From the NCBI GenBank assembly GCA_020696385.1, contig JAEHCQ010000006.1, forward strand, positions 108,455 to 172,454: a stretch of 64,000 nucleotides of DNA. Direction: 5' to 3'. Source of the stretch: Methanobacteriota archaeon. GTDB taxonomy: Archaea; Thermoplasmatota; Thermoplasmata; SG8-5; JAGLSY01. A program made the position numbers and the translations under genes. Positions within the stretch are counted from its first letter, which is position 1. Every line of letters starts with the position of its first letter. The notes below the pieces were generated by a model. That model was not told the DNA's origin and did no database searches. It was given only the letters and a program-made list of their open reading frames with translations. Shown here piece by piece: positions 1 to 9,585 of the stretch.

Positions 1-1
1 G

Positions 2-1828
2 AAAGCACCTCCCGAGATACAGTATACACCGACCCATTTGCCAGTCTACAATATTAGATTCACTTCTCAAGACATAATAGATGTGACAGAATCTTATTCC
101 TTAGAGGTCGAATATGACACGGATAGAGATACCACTCTCAATCATACTGTTTATCTATTGGATGATGGGGAAAAGGTGATCGAGTTCCAGGAAGAGTTCA
201 TTGTGAATGGAACTGGCAGTATTTGGTTCAATGCCAGTGCCAATGACACATACAATTATTTCCATCATGTGGGTGACGGATACCAGACGATAAGAGCGGA
301 CAATGGCACGGGATTGATAGAGGAATGGGAGAATGAAGTAACCTTACGCTCCGGCGACAGACTTCCCTGGGACATGGTGAAAGATGCCCTGATAGTATCT
401 TTCACGATCGCTACCATTGTCACGATCATTGATTTCACGGCAGGTCTTCCAATGGCCTGGCTGATGGTTCGGAAAGATTTCAGAGGAAAGAAGTACATTG
501 ATACTCTGATCGATATGCCACTGGCAATACCCACAGCGGCACTTGGTTTCTCGACTGCTATGTTCTGGGCTGTCACACCTGGCCTAAACCCATACGGCTC
601 GCTGAGCCTCACATCATCGCCTTTTATCCTTGTGATATTGCTTCACATCGTATTTTCATATCCTTACATGGTGCGTTCATTATCTGCCATACTTCATGAG
701 ATCGATATAAATTATGAGGTTGCGGCTTCCACATTGGGAGCACCTCCATTGACAGTTGCCAGAACTATCACCCTGCCTCTTTTCAGAGCTGGACTCGTGA
801 CCGGTATCATCCTCTGTTTTGCCAGAAGTCTGAGCGAAACAGGTGGAACAATGGCCGCACTCGCCATGATGTCACCCGCAATGGGGGAACTGGCATACCC
901 CATGAAAACCGGGCCAACCCTTATCGGAGCCTGGAAGCATGCGGGAGGATTTGAACCACATCTGGCCTTCACTGCCATGATTCTGGTCATTATCACTCTT
1001 ATATTGCTGGTCATCATTAAGATAGTGATAATGAAGTTCAAGATGCCCCTCAGAAAGGTATTCCCAGGACCCGAGAGGCTTCTCAGCAAAGGTGTCTTTC
1101 CAAAGATGAAAGATGCTCTATCTTTCATATTCATGTTCCTGGTATTGCTCATACCTTCCTTCTTCATATTCAGTTTTGTTCTGACGGGGGAGCCATCCCC
1201 GGTCGATTGGGGTGGCTTCTGGGGCGCCATGAGATTTTCCTTCCTGGTGGCCGGGGTCATTACAGTTATAAATCTGATATTCGGAGTGCCACTGGCTATC
1301 TACATAGTTAGGGGAACCAATAAGATAATGACAAATATCCTGGATGTGCTGGTAAATGTCCCGCTTATTGTCCCGACCTCCGCCCTGGGTATATCTCTGG
1401 GAATGTTCTGGGGTTCGATGGATCTGGGAATGACCACACTTCTGGTCATATCCGCTCATCTGGCCTTCACATTTCCACTAGTCGTTAGAAATGTGGCAGG
1501 CGCGATGGAGGAACTGGATCCCACATACGAGGAAACAGCCAGAACATTGGGAGCAAAACCAATGTTCGTCTTCAGAAAGATCGTGTTCCCATCCATCAAG
1601 TTCTCTGTGTTAGCAGGAGCGATAATGGCCTTCACAAGAAGTCTTGGAGAGACCGGTGCAACTCTGGCGGTTGTCAAGGAAGCCAATACTGTGCCAGTCT
1701 ATATTGTCGGACTGGTCAAGGCCGGCAATTATTATCCCGCGGCTCTGGCATGTATCGCTCTGATATTCATTTCATTCATAACCATGATGGCCATGCGCTA
1801 TATGACGAAAAAAGCAGGTGATAATTGA
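2..1828 (+). CDS. ABC transporter permease with two fused CysT/ModB/FbpB-type modules and an N-terminal hydrophilic domain (5'-truncated by window)
   Basis: Two EAA-loop motifs (YEVAASTLGA, YEETARTLGA) and two FxRSLxETG motifs; frame open back to position 2, so the true start lies upstream. Confidence 0.85.
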   Translation, partial: KAPPEIQYTPTHLPVYNIRFTSQDIIDVTESYSLEVEYDTDRDTTLNHTVYLLDDGEKVIEFQEEFIVNGTGSIWFNASANDTYNYFHHVGDGYQTIRADNGTGLIEEWENEVTLRSGDRLPWDMVKDALIVSFTIATIVTIIDFTAGLPMAWLMVRKDFRGKKYIDTLIDMPLAIPTAALGFSTAMFWAVTPGLNPYGSLSLTSSPFILVILLHIVFSYPYMVRSLSAILHEIDINYEVAASTLGAPPLTVARTITLPLFRAGLVTGIILCFARSLSETGGTMAALAMMSPAMGELAYPMKTGPTLIGAWKHAGGFEPHLAFTAMILVIITLILLVIIKIVIMKFKMPLRKVFPGPERLLSKGVFPKMKDALSFIFMFLVLLIPSFFIFSFVLTGEPSPVDWGGFWGAMRFSFLVAGVITVINLIFGVPLAIYIVRGTNKIMTNILDVLVNVPLIVPTSALGISLGMFWGSMDLGMTTLLVISAHLAFTFPLVVRNVAGAMEELDPTYEETARTLGAKPMFVFRKIVFPSIKFSVLAGAIMAFTRSLGETGATLAVVKEANTVPVYIVGLVKAGNYYPAALACIALIFISFITMMAMRYMTKKAGDN

Positions 1829-1869
1829 TGAAACGATCTCGCATTTTCCAGAAGGCAGGTGATAATTAA
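1828..1869 (+). CDS. 13-codon mini-ORF (MKRSRIFQKAGDN) coupled to both neighbours
   Basis: TGATG overlap with permease stop, TAATG overlap with ATPase start; GGTGA SD before both ATGs. Confidence 0.45.
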   Translation: MKRSRIFQKAGDN

Positions 1870-2978
1870 TGCCTGAAATACACATCAAGAATCTGAAAAA
1901 GGCCTTCGGAGATCTGGTGGCCATCGATGATCTTACCATCGATGTCAAGGATGGCGAATACCTTACCATACTTGGCCCCACAGGTGCTGGAAAGACCACA
2001 CTTCTCAGACTTATTGCTGGACTGACCGATCAGACATCTGGTAGCATATTTATTGATGGAAAATGCGTTGATGATCTTCCCCCAGAGAGGCGGAAGGTCG
2101 CTTTCCTCAGTCAAACCTATTCATTATTCCCACACATGGATGTCTGGGAAAATACCACTTTCGGCCCCATAGCCAGAGGCTGGAACCCCGAGCAGGTGGA
2201 GATAATTGGCCGTGAGATGCTGGAGATGGTTCACCTATACGATAGAAAGGATGCCTACCCGAGTGAACTGAGTGGTGGGATGCAGCAGAGAAATGCTCTG
2301 GCACGTGCTCTTTCTGCGGATGCCAAGATACTGCTCCTTGATGAGCCCCTCAGGGCTCTAGATGCTCGCCTTAGGCTTGATCTGAGGTATGAGCTGAAGC
2401 AATTGTCAAAGGACATGGGCATGACCACCATCCATGTCACCCATGATCAGGAAGAGGCTCTGACCATATCCGACAGAATACTTGTGCTTCGTGATGGGAA
2501 GGTGATACAATCTGGCACACCAAAGGAGATATTCAATAAGCCAGCTATTCCATTCATACATCACTTTGTTGGTGAGGCGAATTTCATAAGTGGCAAGCTG
2601 TTAGAAGTGGGTGATGAATACTCGATCATTGTGGATGATGATGGTCATAAATATAGGACCCAGAAAACAGATATCAAACCAGGATCGCGTGTGGTGACCG
2701 GCATCAAGACCGAATTCACACTTATGACCAAGGATATATGGGAAAGTGAGGACATAAACAATTTTACTGGCAGTATTGAGAGAATACTTTTCCTTGGTAG
2801 ATTCTCTGATTTCGAGATCAAATTGGACAATGGAGAGATCGTGCATGCCAGGCTTCCAGGATATCAGGCCAATAAGTTCGAGGATGGCGATAAGGTCAAT
2901 ATTCATTATTCACCACAGAGATTACTGGTATTTCCCGAACCAGAAGGCGGGATAAAGAAAGCACTGGAGATGGTTTGA
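1869..2978 (+). CDS. ABC transporter ATP-binding protein (PotA/CysA/FbpC-like, C-terminal TOBE)
   Basis: Walker A GPTGAGKT, LSGGMQQ signature, LLLDEP, HVTHDQEEA. Confidence 0.93.
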   Translation: MPEIHIKNLKKAFGDLVAIDDLTIDVKDGEYLTILGPTGAGKTTLLRLIAGLTDQTSGSIFIDGKCVDDLPPERRKVAFLSQTYSLFPHMDVWENTTFGPIARGWNPEQVEIIGREMLEMVHLYDRKDAYPSELSGGMQQRNALARALSADAKILLLDEPLRALDARLRLDLRYELKQLSKDMGMTTIHVTHDQEEALTISDRILVLRDGKVIQSGTPKEIFNKPAIPFIHHFVGEANFISGKLLEVGDEYSIIVDDDGHKYRTQKTDIKPGSRVVTGIKTEFTLMTKDIWESEDINNFTGSIERILFLGRFSDFEIKLDNGEIVHARLPGYQANKFEDGDKVNIHYSPQRLLVFPEPEGGIKKALEMV

Positions 2979-4081
2979 TGCCTGAGATCGAAATGAAAGG
3001 CATAACAAAGCGTTTTGGCAAAGTTACCGCCGCCGCCAATATCAATCTCAAAATTAAGGAAGGCGAGTACGTGACAGTGCTTGGACCATCCGGATGTGGC
3101 AAGACCACTCTCGTCAAGATATTATCCGGAATATGGGAACCTACGGAGGGCGATTGCTTCATTGATGGCAAGAAAGTAACTGGCATACCCACTTTCGAGC
3201 GTGATCTCGGATATATATTCCAGAATATCGCTCTATTCCCACACATGACCGTTTGGCAGAACACATCCTATGCTCCAATTGTAAAGGATCGAGACCCAGA
3301 GGTCATAGAGAAGTCCACTACCGAGAACCTGGAATTGGTGAATCTGCTTCAGAGAAAGGGATTCAAACCCTTCGAGCTCAGTGGTGGTGAACAACAGAAG
3401 GCAGGTATTGCCAGAGCCCTATGCTCGGGTTCCAAGCTTCTCATACTTGATGAACCACTTTCTGCACTGGATGCTCGTGTGCGCCTGGATCTTAGATATG
3501 TGATCAAGAACCTTGTAAAAAGCAAGGGTCTAACTGCCATTCATGTTACACATGACCAGGAAGAGGCCATGTCCATATCCGACCGCATAGTTCTAATGAG
3601 AGCTGGTGGTATTGTTGAAATTGATACTCCCGAGAACCTGTACAATAGGCCAAAGAACATCTTCACTGCCAACTTCATCGGCGAGGCCAGCTTCATAGAG
3701 GGCAGGATAATCAAGAACAATGAAGATAATTGCTGCACCATGAAGGCGAGGAATGGCTACAAGCTGAAGATCAGGAACGACAGTTGCATGATGAAGGGAG
3801 CTGGTGTGGTCATCGCAGTAAGGCCAGAAAATCTTTTCATTTCCAGAGAAAAGGAGAATAATTCCATACCTGGGGAGATCGAGGATAAGATATTCATGGG
3901 CTCTTTCATGAGGTACAGGATAATGCTGGCCACACATGATCTCGTCCAGGTGGAGATCGCAGAGGCCGTTGACAAAACCTTTAATATCGGTGATAATGTT
4001 AATGTAATATTCAAATCAGAGAAGCTTTTGGTCTACCCCAGACCAAAAGAGGGATTACAGGAGGTGCTTAGCCTTGAGTGA
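2975..4081 (+). CDS. Second ABC transporter ATP-binding protein, paralog of the preceding gene
   Basis: GPSGCGKT, LSGGEQQ, LILDEP, HVTHDQEEA; overlaps upstream stop. Confidence 0.93.
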   Translation: MMPEIEMKGITKRFGKVTAAANINLKIKEGEYVTVLGPSGCGKTTLVKILSGIWEPTEGDCFIDGKKVTGIPTFERDLGYIFQNIALFPHMTVWQNTSYAPIVKDRDPEVIEKSTTENLELVNLLQRKGFKPFELSGGEQQKAGIARALCSGSKLLILDEPLSALDARVRLDLRYVIKNLVKSKGLTAIHVTHDQEEAMSISDRIVLMRAGGIVEIDTPENLYNRPKNIFTANFIGEASFIEGRIIKNNEDNCCTMKARNGYKLKIRNDSCMMKGAGVVIAVRPENLFISREKENNSIPGEIEDKIFMGSFMRYRIMLATHDLVQVEIAEAVDKTFNIGDNVNVIFKSEKLLVYPRPKEGLQEVLSLE

Positions 4082-4745
4082 AGAAAAATATGCCAATTGG
4101 TTTGCCAGGAGAAGGGAAGAGAACGTCATGGACGGAGTGAAGGAACATATCCTCAAAATTGTAGACACATGTGAGGAATTGAACACATCCATCAAGGCCA
4201 TCATGAATGATGAGGAAGAAAAGGCATTACAGGCAATAGCCAGGCTTTTCCTGAATGAAAAGGCCGCGGATAATATCGAGGTCTCACTCAATGAACAGCT
4301 TTCCACTGGCAGCCTTCCATCAAAGGAAAGGGAAGACCTCATGCACCTTGTCAAAAGAATGGATGGGATTGCTGACTGGACAAAGAGCGCGGCAAGAAAT
4401 ATCGAAGTTCTCATAGATGCCGAGATAGAGGTTCCTGAAAAGATCTGGAAGTATTATGGAGTACTCGCCGGACGAGTACTAGACACCTCAAAGGAAGTCA
4501 AGCTTTGTATAGACTTTCTCGGCGAGGATGATGACCAGTTCAAGGTTCACAAGGGCAATGTAGAGAGGATAGAACATGAAATTGACGATCTCTATTTTAA
4601 GATCAAAAAGAAGGTCATGCTGTCCGATATAGACCCCAGGGTCATCTTCATACTCAGGGATATAGTTCATGCCCTAGAGAACGCGGCAGACAGCTGTAAA
4701 GCATCAGCAGACCTGATGCAGATCATCATGGTCGCGCATAAATGA
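4074..4745 (+). CDS. DUF47 / TIGR00153 PhoU-like phosphate transport regulator
   Basis: EKAADNI, REDL..L...D.IAD, EHEIDDL, LENAAD helical-bundle motifs. Confidence 0.85.
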   Translation: MSEEKYANWFARRREENVMDGVKEHILKIVDTCEELNTSIKAIMNDEEEKALQAIARLFLNEKAADNIEVSLNEQLSTGSLPSKEREDLMHLVKRMDGIADWTKSAARNIEVLIDAEIEVPEKIWKYYGVLAGRVLDTSKEVKLCIDFLGEDDDQFKVHKGNVERIEHEIDDLYFKIKKKVMLSDIDPRVIFILRDIVHALENAADSCKASADLMQIIMVAHK

Positions 4746-4755
4746 GCGCAAAATG

Positions 4756-4782
4756 ACAGGCAGGTCTTGAAAACCTGCCTGT
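4756..4782 (+). terminator. Perfect 10-bp hairpin after the ABC/DUF47 operon
   Basis: ACAGGCAGGT-7 nt-ACCTGCCTGT, 10 nt after the stop. Confidence 0.55.
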
Positions 4783-4951
4783 ATATTTACCTCTGGCCAT
4801 CTCTATCTATTTTGCCCATCCATATATAAATATCTCTATTGTCAGATCTGGCCAGTATCTCATATGATTGTGTGATTATATATCTATATTCAAATCTCTA
4901 TATACCTATAGAAAACATTATACCGTATAATCAAATTCATGCCTGATACAC

Positions 4952-5959
4952 ATGGAAACTCGTAAAGTACAGGTAACAGGCGGCTCGTCCTTCGTCTTAA
5001 CATTGCCCAAGGAATGGATAAATTCTGCAAATATAAAGAAAAATGATCCACTTGGCGTGATCATCCAGACAGATGGAACTCTCCTGATAACAACACAAGA
5101 AACTGGAGAGAAGGCCAGTCTCACAAAGAACTTTCATGTAGATGATATTAAGAATTCATCTCATCTATTTCGACTACTTATTGGAGCCTACATCATGGGT
5201 TACACCAACATCGTGGTGTCATCAAAAAGCAATATCGATGGCATGGTGAGGGACACTGTGACCGAATTTACTCAGATCGCAGTCGGGCCAGAGATAATCG
5301 AAGAGGATGCGCATTCCATCACGGTAACTGATTTTCTCAGCCCTACGGAGATGCCCTTTAACAAGACCATTCGCAGGATGCATCTATTGGTTCAGACAAT
5401 GCACAAGGATGCTATGAGAGCCCTGCTGGAGCAGGATCTCACGATCGCGGAGAATGTCATCAAGAGGGATCAAGATGTAGACCGCCTTGAATGGCTGGTG
5501 GCCAGGCAGTCCAATATCGTGATAAGGAATATCAGTATCGCGAAGAAAATAGGTGTCATGCCGGAAGAGGCCAGCAATTATTATCTTATAAGCCGGGCGA
5601 TAGAAAGAATTGGGGACCATGCTGTCAAGATCGCGGAGAACATTGAACCTCTCACAGATAAGAAGGTCGATCAAAAGCTCATAGCCAAGATAAGCCAGGC
5701 CGCGGAGATGGCCCTGGACATATTCAATGGATCAATCAAGGCCTGGATCAATAGGGATCTTGACCTGGCTAACAAGAATATAGATGAGAAGAAACATCTG
5801 GTCGAGCTGTGTGAGAATATCACCGACCATCCGATAAAGAGCAAAGGCAGGACATACATCGCGGTAAGCTACATTGCGGAGTCCATCAGAAGGACTGGTG
5901 AGTATTCTGGTGGTATATCGGAGATCGTGATAAACAATCTGATAAAGGATTCGGATTGA
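4952..5959 (+). CDS. phoU: Archaeal phosphate uptake regulator (AbrB-like N-terminus + two PhoU domains)
   Basis: METRKVQVTGGSSFVLTLPKEW N-terminus; RDQDVDRL, IERIGDHA, ESIRRTGEY. Confidence 0.9.
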   Translation: METRKVQVTGGSSFVLTLPKEWINSANIKKNDPLGVIIQTDGTLLITTQETGEKASLTKNFHVDDIKNSSHLFRLLIGAYIMGYTNIVVSSKSNIDGMVRDTVTEFTQIAVGPEIIEEDAHSITVTDFLSPTEMPFNKTIRRMHLLVQTMHKDAMRALLEQDLTIAENVIKRDQDVDRLEWLVARQSNIVIRNISIAKKIGVMPEEASNYYLISRAIERIGDHAVKIAENIEPLTDKKVDQKLIAKISQAAEMALDIFNGSIKAWINRDLDLANKNIDEKKHLVELCENITDHPIKSKGRTYIAVSYIAESIRRTGEYSGGISEIVINNLIKDSD

Positions 5960-5993
5960 TTCTGATAGGTTCATATTTATTCGAATGCATTCA

Positions 5994-6150
5994 GAATAGA
6001 GCAGAATACATCAATGTATATGCAGGATGTATTCGAACATGCCCCGTCTGATTGACCCGATAGCACAAAGGAGGGCGGGGTACTGGATTCGATGAATATT
6101 CAAGTGACAGTTCTCTATTCGAAACCCCGTCAGAATGGCGGGGAGGTCAA
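5994..6150 (+). repeat. Structured intergenic element, family A copy 1 (IS200/IS605 right-end / omegaRNA-like)
   Basis: Nested inverted repeats; ends GAAACCCCGTCAGAATGGCGGGGAGGTCAA; homologous blocks at 34530-34698. Confidence 0.55.
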
Positions 6151-6220
6151 TCTCTCTAAAACCCTAAACACCCTCAAAGATAGAAATTTACAACATTTAC
6201 AACATTAAAATAGAAAAGGG

Positions 6221-6247
6221 ATGCAGGCCGCTTCAAACGGCCTGCAT
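6221..6247. terminator. Hairpin between convergent phoU and porB
   Basis: ATGCAGGCCG-7 nt-CGGCCTGCAT with T-rich tracts on both strands. Confidence 0.6.
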
Positions 6248-6270
6248 ATTCTTTGTTTTGATGGCCTGGC

Positions 6271-7209
6271 TTATTCTTTCTTATCCTCTGAAAAGGCCTC
6301 GACGAACTTCAGGTCCATCTCGTTTTTCTTGTAGGCCCATCCCTGGATGATCTTTATCTGCTCATCCGTCAGATGGCGGAAACGACCTTGCATTTTCAGA
6401 TAATCATCGACTGGCTCCATCTTTGGCTTCACACTGAGGGTGATTACCCCATCCACCATCTCGAAGAGGGTCCACATGCCTGAGTTGACCGCTTTCTTTG
6501 CGACCTCCACAGTTTTGGCGGTGTCCATTCTCCAGCCTGTTGGGCATGGTGCAAATATCTGCAAGTATCGGAAACCTTTCATGTTCTTGGCCTTCTCGAT
6601 CTTCCTTAGCATATCTGCGGGGTGACCGACACTGGCTGTAGCAACATAAGGTACATTGTGAGCCATCATGATCTTTGGGATGTCCTTCTTGAACAATTCT
6701 TTTCCACCGATCTTTGTTCCTGCCGGTGTAGTTGTTGTCCAGGCTCCGAAAGGTGTACTTCCACTCCTCTGGATACCAGTGTTCATGTAAGCCTCATTAT
6801 CATAGCAGATGTAGAGGATGTCCTCGTTTCTCTCAGCAGCTCCAGAAAGAGCCTGGAAACCGATATCTCCGGTTCCACCATCTCCTGCAAAGGCCACCAC
6901 ATTGACGTCCTCTTTGCCCTGCTTGTTAAGAGCCTGCTTGATACCAGCCGCGCATATTGCCGAATTCTCGAACAATACGTGCAGATAAGGGACCTTGAAT
7001 GCATTGTGTGGATATGTTCCACCGAAGACAAGCAAACAACATGCTGGGAAGTACGTGACCGTATTTGGTCCAAGTATCTTCATTGCCGCTCTTACAACAA
7101 TTGGAGCTCCGCATCCGCCACAAGCAGTGTGACCACTTGTGAATAGTTCTTCTTCTGGTAATGTCTTTATTGTGATACCTATGGTTTCACCCCCCTGGTG
7201 CCTATCCAT
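6271..7209 (-). CDS. porB: 2-oxoacid (pyruvate):ferredoxin oxidoreductase beta subunit; true start possibly ATA at 7182
   Basis: GHTACGGCG, TPP motif GDGG...YDNEAYMNTGIQRS, PCPTGW. Confidence 0.93.
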   Translation of the reverse strand: MDRHQGGETIGITIKTLPEEELFTSGHTACGGCGAPIVVRAAMKILGPNTVTYFPACCLLVFGGTYPHNAFKVPYLHVLFENSAICAAGIKQALNKQGKEDVNVVAFAGDGGTGDIGFQALSGAAERNEDILYICYDNEAYMNTGIQRSGSTPFGAWTTTTPAGTKIGGKELFKKDIPKIMMAHNVPYVATASVGHPADMLRKIEKAKNMKGFRYLQIFAPCPTGWRMDTAKTVEVAKKAVNSGMWTLFEMVDGVITLSVKPKMEPVDDYLKMQGRFRHLTDEQIKIIQGWAYKKNEMDLKFVEAFSEDKKE

Positions 7210-8360
7210 ACAATCTCATTCTCTGCTTCACCCTTCTCGGCTGCTTCCAGTACCTTATCGAACATCAAGCGAATATCTGGTTCTGTGACATCTCTGCCAC
7301 CCAGACCTGCCAGAACATTGATGACTGGTATGGTGTAGCCGTATAGAGCATTCCTGGCCTCTATCCATGATGGTCCGCCAGCGCTGAAACTCACAGCCCT
7401 GTCATAGACTCCGATCGCCTTGCATTTGCTGGCGACCTTCCTGATGGCCTCGGTTGGGTATGGCCTGAAGAATCTCAGTTTGACCAGACCGACCTTTTTG
7501 CCTGCTGCCCGGTATTCATCGACTATATCACGAGCCGTGGATGTAACTGTACCCAGTGTGATTAGGATAGCATCCGCGCCTTCTGTTTTGTATTCCTCAA
7601 TAAGTCCACCGTAGTCGCGGCCAAACTCCTTGGCCCATTCTGCATTAACTTCCTCAACGACCTCAAGGGCATTCCTCATGGTCTCATCGGTCTGATATCT
7701 TACTTCCTGAATGTATTCTGGAGGTGAGAAGGAACCGATGATCATTGGATCCTTAGGATCCAGAACTGCGTGATCCGGTCTGTATGGTGGTAGGAATTTG
7801 TCCACTTTGTCCTGATCTGGGAAGTCGACTGGCTCGACAGTATGCGAAAGGATGAAAGCATCCAAGCACACCATGATAGGCAGAAGAACGCGTTTGTCCT
7901 CTGCGATCTTGAAAGCCTGGATGGTCATATCCATCACTTCCTGGTTATCTTCAACGTAAACTTGCATCCATCCAGTATCTCTTTGAGGCATGGTGTCATT
8001 GTGCTCTGCCCAGATACCGATTGGTCCTGCGACTGTACGATTAACGACGGGCATGACCACTGGAAGGTGAGCTGATCCTGCAATGAAAAGAACTTCATGC
8101 ATGAGTGCCAGTCCCTGTGATGCTGTCGCCGTGTATGTTCTAACACCTGTTGCACTGGCTGCGACACAAGCGCTCATAGCGCTGTGCTCGCTCTCGCACC
8201 TCATGAAGGCCGAGTCCAAAAGTCCATCATTTACGAATTCCGAAAGGTGCTCGACAATGAAGGTCTGTGGTGTTATTGGGTAGGCCGCGATAACGTCCAC
8301 CCTTGCAAGCATGGCCGCAAATGCAGCCGCATAATTACCTGTAACTACTCTTTTAACCAT
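7179..8360 (-). CDS. porA: 2-oxoacid:ferredoxin oxidoreductase alpha subunit
   Basis: AYPITPQT, ESEHSAMS, TATASQGL, GLGGRD; GGAGG SD before ATG at 8360. Confidence 0.93.
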   Translation of the reverse strand: MVKRVVTGNYAAAFAAMLARVDVIAAYPITPQTFIVEHLSEFVNDGLLDSAFMRCESEHSAMSACVAASATGVRTYTATASQGLALMHEVLFIAGSAHLPVVMPVVNRTVAGPIGIWAEHNDTMPQRDTGWMQVYVEDNQEVMDMTIQAFKIAEDKRVLLPIMVCLDAFILSHTVEPVDFPDQDKVDKFLPPYRPDHAVLDPKDPMIIGSFSPPEYIQEVRYQTDETMRNALEVVEEVNAEWAKEFGRDYGGLIEEYKTEGADAILITLGTVTSTARDIVDEYRAAGKKVGLVKLRFFRPYPTEAIRKVASKCKAIGVYDRAVSFSAGGPSWIEARNALYGYTIPVINVLAGLGGRDVTEPDIRLMFDKVLEAAEKGEAENEIVWIGTRGVKP

Positions 8361-8430
8361 ATCGAATCCCTCCATTCTGTTCCGGGCTTTTCTGATGCTC
8401 TGCCATATTCAAATTTAAACGCATCAGAAA

Positions 8431-9327
8431 TCACCGCTCCATCTTTATTGCATCTTTTGGACATTCATTGGCGCATATTCCGCAACCTTTGCAGTATTCC
8501 AGGTGGAATTCCAGGGTCTTGGCATCGCCTTCGCCGACCTCTTTGATCGCTCCGTCTGGACAGTAGAACCAACACATTCTGCACATGATGCATTTGTCAG
8601 GATCATGTACCGGAGCGAAGGTCTTCCAGCTTCCAGTTTTGTTATCTACAAAACTGCCTGGGCCAACGAGCCCCTCTGGTGTTTTCATGGGCCTGGTGGC
8701 TAATCCTAGTGGGAGCTCCTTATAATCTGGAAGCCATTTACCGCCTTTTTCATAGGTCATGGTTCCCTTGCAGGTTCCTACACTTGTTCTTTCGTAGGCG
8801 ACCTTTGCGGCATTGGCATTCTTGGCAGCCAGTTTCTCTCCGATCCTGCTACCGAAGATATCCATGATACCTGCGACGATCGAATCAATAGAAACAAGAC
8901 CAGTAGCCTTTGCAAAAGCACCCAGGATCGCACTGTTAGTGATAGGCTGACCCAGTGTTTCCAATGCCACTGTGGTTGCGTCAACTGTTGCACATTTGAC
9001 CGATTTTCCCAGCTCGATATCCTCTGGCTTTGCATTGGAATTGATAATGGCCATTCCGTCATCCTTCAATCCATCTGCAACATCCACAAGACCTGTCAGC
9101 TTGTCATCCAGGACCACGATATAATCTGGCTCGTAAATGAGCGTCTTGGAGAATATCTTGTCCTTATCTACCCTTGTAAAGGCCATTACCGGGGCACCTC
9201 TTCTCTCTGCTCCAAAGTAGGGGAACGCGACTGCGTAATTACCTTCCTGGAAAGCAGCGGAAGCAAGTGCCTGGGCTGCCATTACGGCTCCCTGGCCTCC
9301 TCGACCATGAAATCTTACTTCAAACAT
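8431..9327 (-). CDS. porG: Fused gamma-delta subunit of 2-oxoacid:ferredoxin oxidoreductase
   Basis: RFHGRGGQG and [10 protein letters not shown] (gamma); [30 protein letters not shown] (delta, 2x[4Fe-4S]). Confidence 0.9.
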   Translation of the reverse strand: MFEVRFHGRGGQGAVMAAQALASAAFQEGNYAVAFPYFGAERRGAPVMAFTRVDKDKIFSKTLIYEPDYIVVLDDKLTGLVDVADGLKDDGMAIINSNAKPEDIELGKSVKCATVDATTVALETLGQPITNSAILGAFAKATGLVSIDSIVAGIMDIFGSRIGEKLAAKNANAAKVAYERTSVGTCKGTMTYEKGGKWLPDYKELPLGLATRPMKTPEGLVGPGSFVDNKTGSWKTFAPVHDPDKCIMCRMCWFYCPDGAIKEVGEGDAKTLEFHLEYCKGCGICANECPKDAIKMER

Positions 9328-9530
9328 TTTCTATCTCCTTTTTTATTACGTAAATACGGTTATGTGGGCGAGTATGGAAATCATGATAATAAGGGTTGTG
9401 ATTAATTATAGAATGAAGAATGTCAAAAATGATAAAATCAAACTCATTACGCAAATAATTTACAAACATGTTTTATAAAATAAATGCGTGCACATCAAAG
9501 AGAGAATGTGCATTTAAAAATTGGAAAGAT

Positions 9531-9556
9531 TGGGAAGGCTTTTTACAGCCTTCCCA
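9531..9556 (-). terminator. Hairpin downstream of nifJ
   Basis: TGGGAAGGCT-6 nt-AGCCTTCCCA, 30 nt past the stop. Confidence 0.55.
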
Positions 9557-9585
9557 TTATTCTTTATTTTGGCTTGACAGCTATC

